Shown one piece after another: positions 53,027 through 54,210 of a stretch of 54,210 nt of DNA. Source of the DNA: Candidatus Methanoperedens sp. (GTDB taxonomy: Bacteria; Patescibacteriota; Microgenomatia; UBA12405). A program made the translations under genes and the position numbers. How positions within the stretch are numbered: the stretch's first letter is position 1; each line of letters begins with the position of its first letter. The DNA lies in the NCBI GenBank assembly GCA_035562735.1, contig DATMWB010000014.1, positions 1 to 54,210 on the forward strand, given 5' to 3'. A model generated the notes under the pieces. It made no database searches, was not told where the DNA came from, and worked only from the letters and a program-made list of their open reading frames with translations.

Positions 53027-54210
53027 ATGAAAAAGGGCTTCGCTCAAATTCCTTTGATGATAGGGTTATTGTTGATGGCGGTAGCGGTTCCGGTAGCAAC
53101 AAAACTGGTACAAACCAATCAGGATACAAGGAATAAGGCGGCTCATATATGTGGTGCATTGGGACAGGGATGTTGTTTAACTGAGTATGTTGGAGCAACA
53201 CCTATCTATAATACGTGTAATTCACCTCTTAAATGTAATGGGGGAAAATGTTCTACTACTGGGGCTCCCACTGTAACAAAGTCCCCACTGACTCCAACAG
53301 TTGCAGGAGGTTGTGTGGCTGCTTCTGGAAGACCCTATTTAGCTAATGGTGCAACATATTGTGAAACACCCTATCTATTAGGATCTAGAAAATGGAAATG
53401 TACTAATGGGGTTGCTTCTGTGGCACAAAACTATCTTGTAGCTAGGAATTGTGAAGAAACAATACCAACGTTGTCAGCAGGTGGATGTAGATATCTAATT
53501 GCTGGGATAACGGAAACATTAACAAATGGTCAAGAGAAATGTTACAACCTGGCTGGTTCTTCACTGGGTTCACAAAAAATTAAATGTAGTAACGGTTCGA
53601 CAAGTGTTGTTCAAACTTACGTTCAAAATGATTGTAAAGCCATCTTACCAACTCTCTCTCCCGGCGGTTGTCGCTACATATTCGCTGGATTAACTGAAAC
53701 CCTAAAGAATGGTGAGCAAAAATGTTACAACTTGGCAGTAGGTGAGTTCGGATCACAAATGATCAAGTGTAGTAATGGGTCTACAAGCTCAGTTCAAAAG
53801 TATATTCAACAAGATTGTAAAGCCATCTTACCAACTCTTTCTCCCGGCGGTTGTCGCTACATATTCGCTGGATTAACTGAAACCCTAAAGAATGGTGAGC
53901 AAAAATGTTACAACTTGGCAGTAGGTGAGTTCGGATCACAAATGATTAAGTGTAGTAATGGATCTACAAGCTCAGTTCAAAAGTATATTCAACAAGATTG
54001 TAAAGCCATCTTACCAACTCTCTCTCCCGGCGGTTGTCGCTACATATTCGCTGGATTAACTGAAACCCTAAAGAATGGTGAGCAGAAATGTTACAACTTG
54101 GCAGTGGGTGAGTTCGGATCACAAATGATTAAGTGTAGTAATGGATCTACAAGCTCAGTTCAAAAGTATATTCAACAAGATTGTAAAGCCATCTTACCAA
54201 CTCTCTCTCC
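53027..54210 (+). CDS. Secreted/anchored protein built of about 61-aa four-cysteine modules, 3'-truncated by the window edge and absent from the ORF track
   Basis: Manual translation from the ATG at 53027 gives MKKGFAQIPLMIGLLLMAVAVPVATKL.... Repeated GGCRY(I/L).AG.TETL.NG..KCYNLA......Q.IKCSNGSTS.VQ.Y.Q.DCKAILPTLSP modules follow. No stop occurs before nt 54210. Confidence 0.7.
   Translation, partial: MKKGFAQIPLMIGLLLMAVAVPVATKLVQTNQDTRNKAAHICGALGQGCCLTEYVGATPIYNTCNSPLKCNGGKCSTTGAPTVTKSPLTPTVAGGCVAASGRPYLANGATYCETPYLLGSRKWKCTNGVASVAQNYLVARNCEETIPTLSAGGCRYLIAGITETLTNGQEKCYNLAGSSLGSQKIKCSNGSTSVVQTYVQNDCKAILPTLSPGGCRYIFAGLTETLKNGEQKCYNLAVGEFGSQMIKCSNGSTSSVQKYIQQDCKAILPTLSPGGCRYIFAGLTETLKNGEQKCYNLAVGEFGSQMIKCSNGSTSSVQKYIQQDCKAILPTLSPGGCRYIFAGLTETLKNGEQKCYNLAVGEFGSQMIKCSNGSTSSVQKYIQQDCKAILPTLS
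53639..54210 (+). repeat. 183-bp tandem repeat, 3 full near-identical copies plus a partial fourth
   Basis: Copies start at 53639, 53822, 54005 and 54188. Adjacent full copies differ at 3 of 183 positions. More diverged copies lie upstream from about 53273. Confidence 0.9.

Noticed and set aside
53273-54210. Possible CRISPR array suggested by regularly spaced repeats
   Set aside because: The repeats are 183 bp, contiguous with no unique spacers, and in frame within a continuous ORF encoding Cys-containing protein modules.

Overview
The window is AT-rich and tightly packed, with many 3' gene overlaps. It looks like a small-genome bacterium, possibly Patescibacteria/CPR-like, but that lineage call is inference only. 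I saw no rRNA, tRNA, CRISPR array, transposase or integrase.

Layout:
- 1-12.9 kb, envelope and secreted proteins: a 5'-truncated alpha-2-macroglobulin carrying an intein-like Hint domain in its bait region, a Memo-like protein, an Erm/KsgA-family rRNA methyltransferase, a PAP2 phosphatase, DgkA, a DUF2207 protein with a poly-Gly tail, a 1165-aa S8 subtilase and a small 8-Cys secreted protein.
- 12.9-13.5 kb: an XRE regulator and an RRM RNA-binding protein.
- 13.6-15.5 kb: a clearly more GC-rich island. It contains a strong promoter, a structured leader, a secreted repeat protein and two GC hairpins. It ends in a complete type III hammerhead ribozyme motif 10 nt upstream of queA.
- 15.5-23.2 kb, housekeeping genes (queA, rpsB, tsf, frr, rseP), interrupted by a membrane protein and a GATase-II/N-acetyl-sugar amidotransferase fusion.
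- 23.2-52.9 kb: a roughly 30 kb cell-surface glycan locus. It encodes a priming sugar-phosphate transferase, a TagA-like GT26, three GT4 enzymes, a GT2/GT-B fusion, two Wzy/O-antigen-ligase-like proteins, a Wzm/Wzt ABC exporter and a GH clan-A hydrolase. It also carries a carbamoyltransferase, four SGNH hydrolases (three in tandem), three SAM methyltransferases and three radical SAM enzymes (one B12-type, two SPASM). An IMPDH-like/PLP-decarboxylase/HAD trio completes the locus.
- 53.0 kb to the window end: a secreted protein built from near-identical 183-bp (61-aa, 4-Cys) tandem modules.

The most notable candidates are the hammerhead ribozyme with its GC-rich cassette, the Hint domain inside the A2M bait region, and the radical-SAM-rich tailoring block inside the glycan locus.
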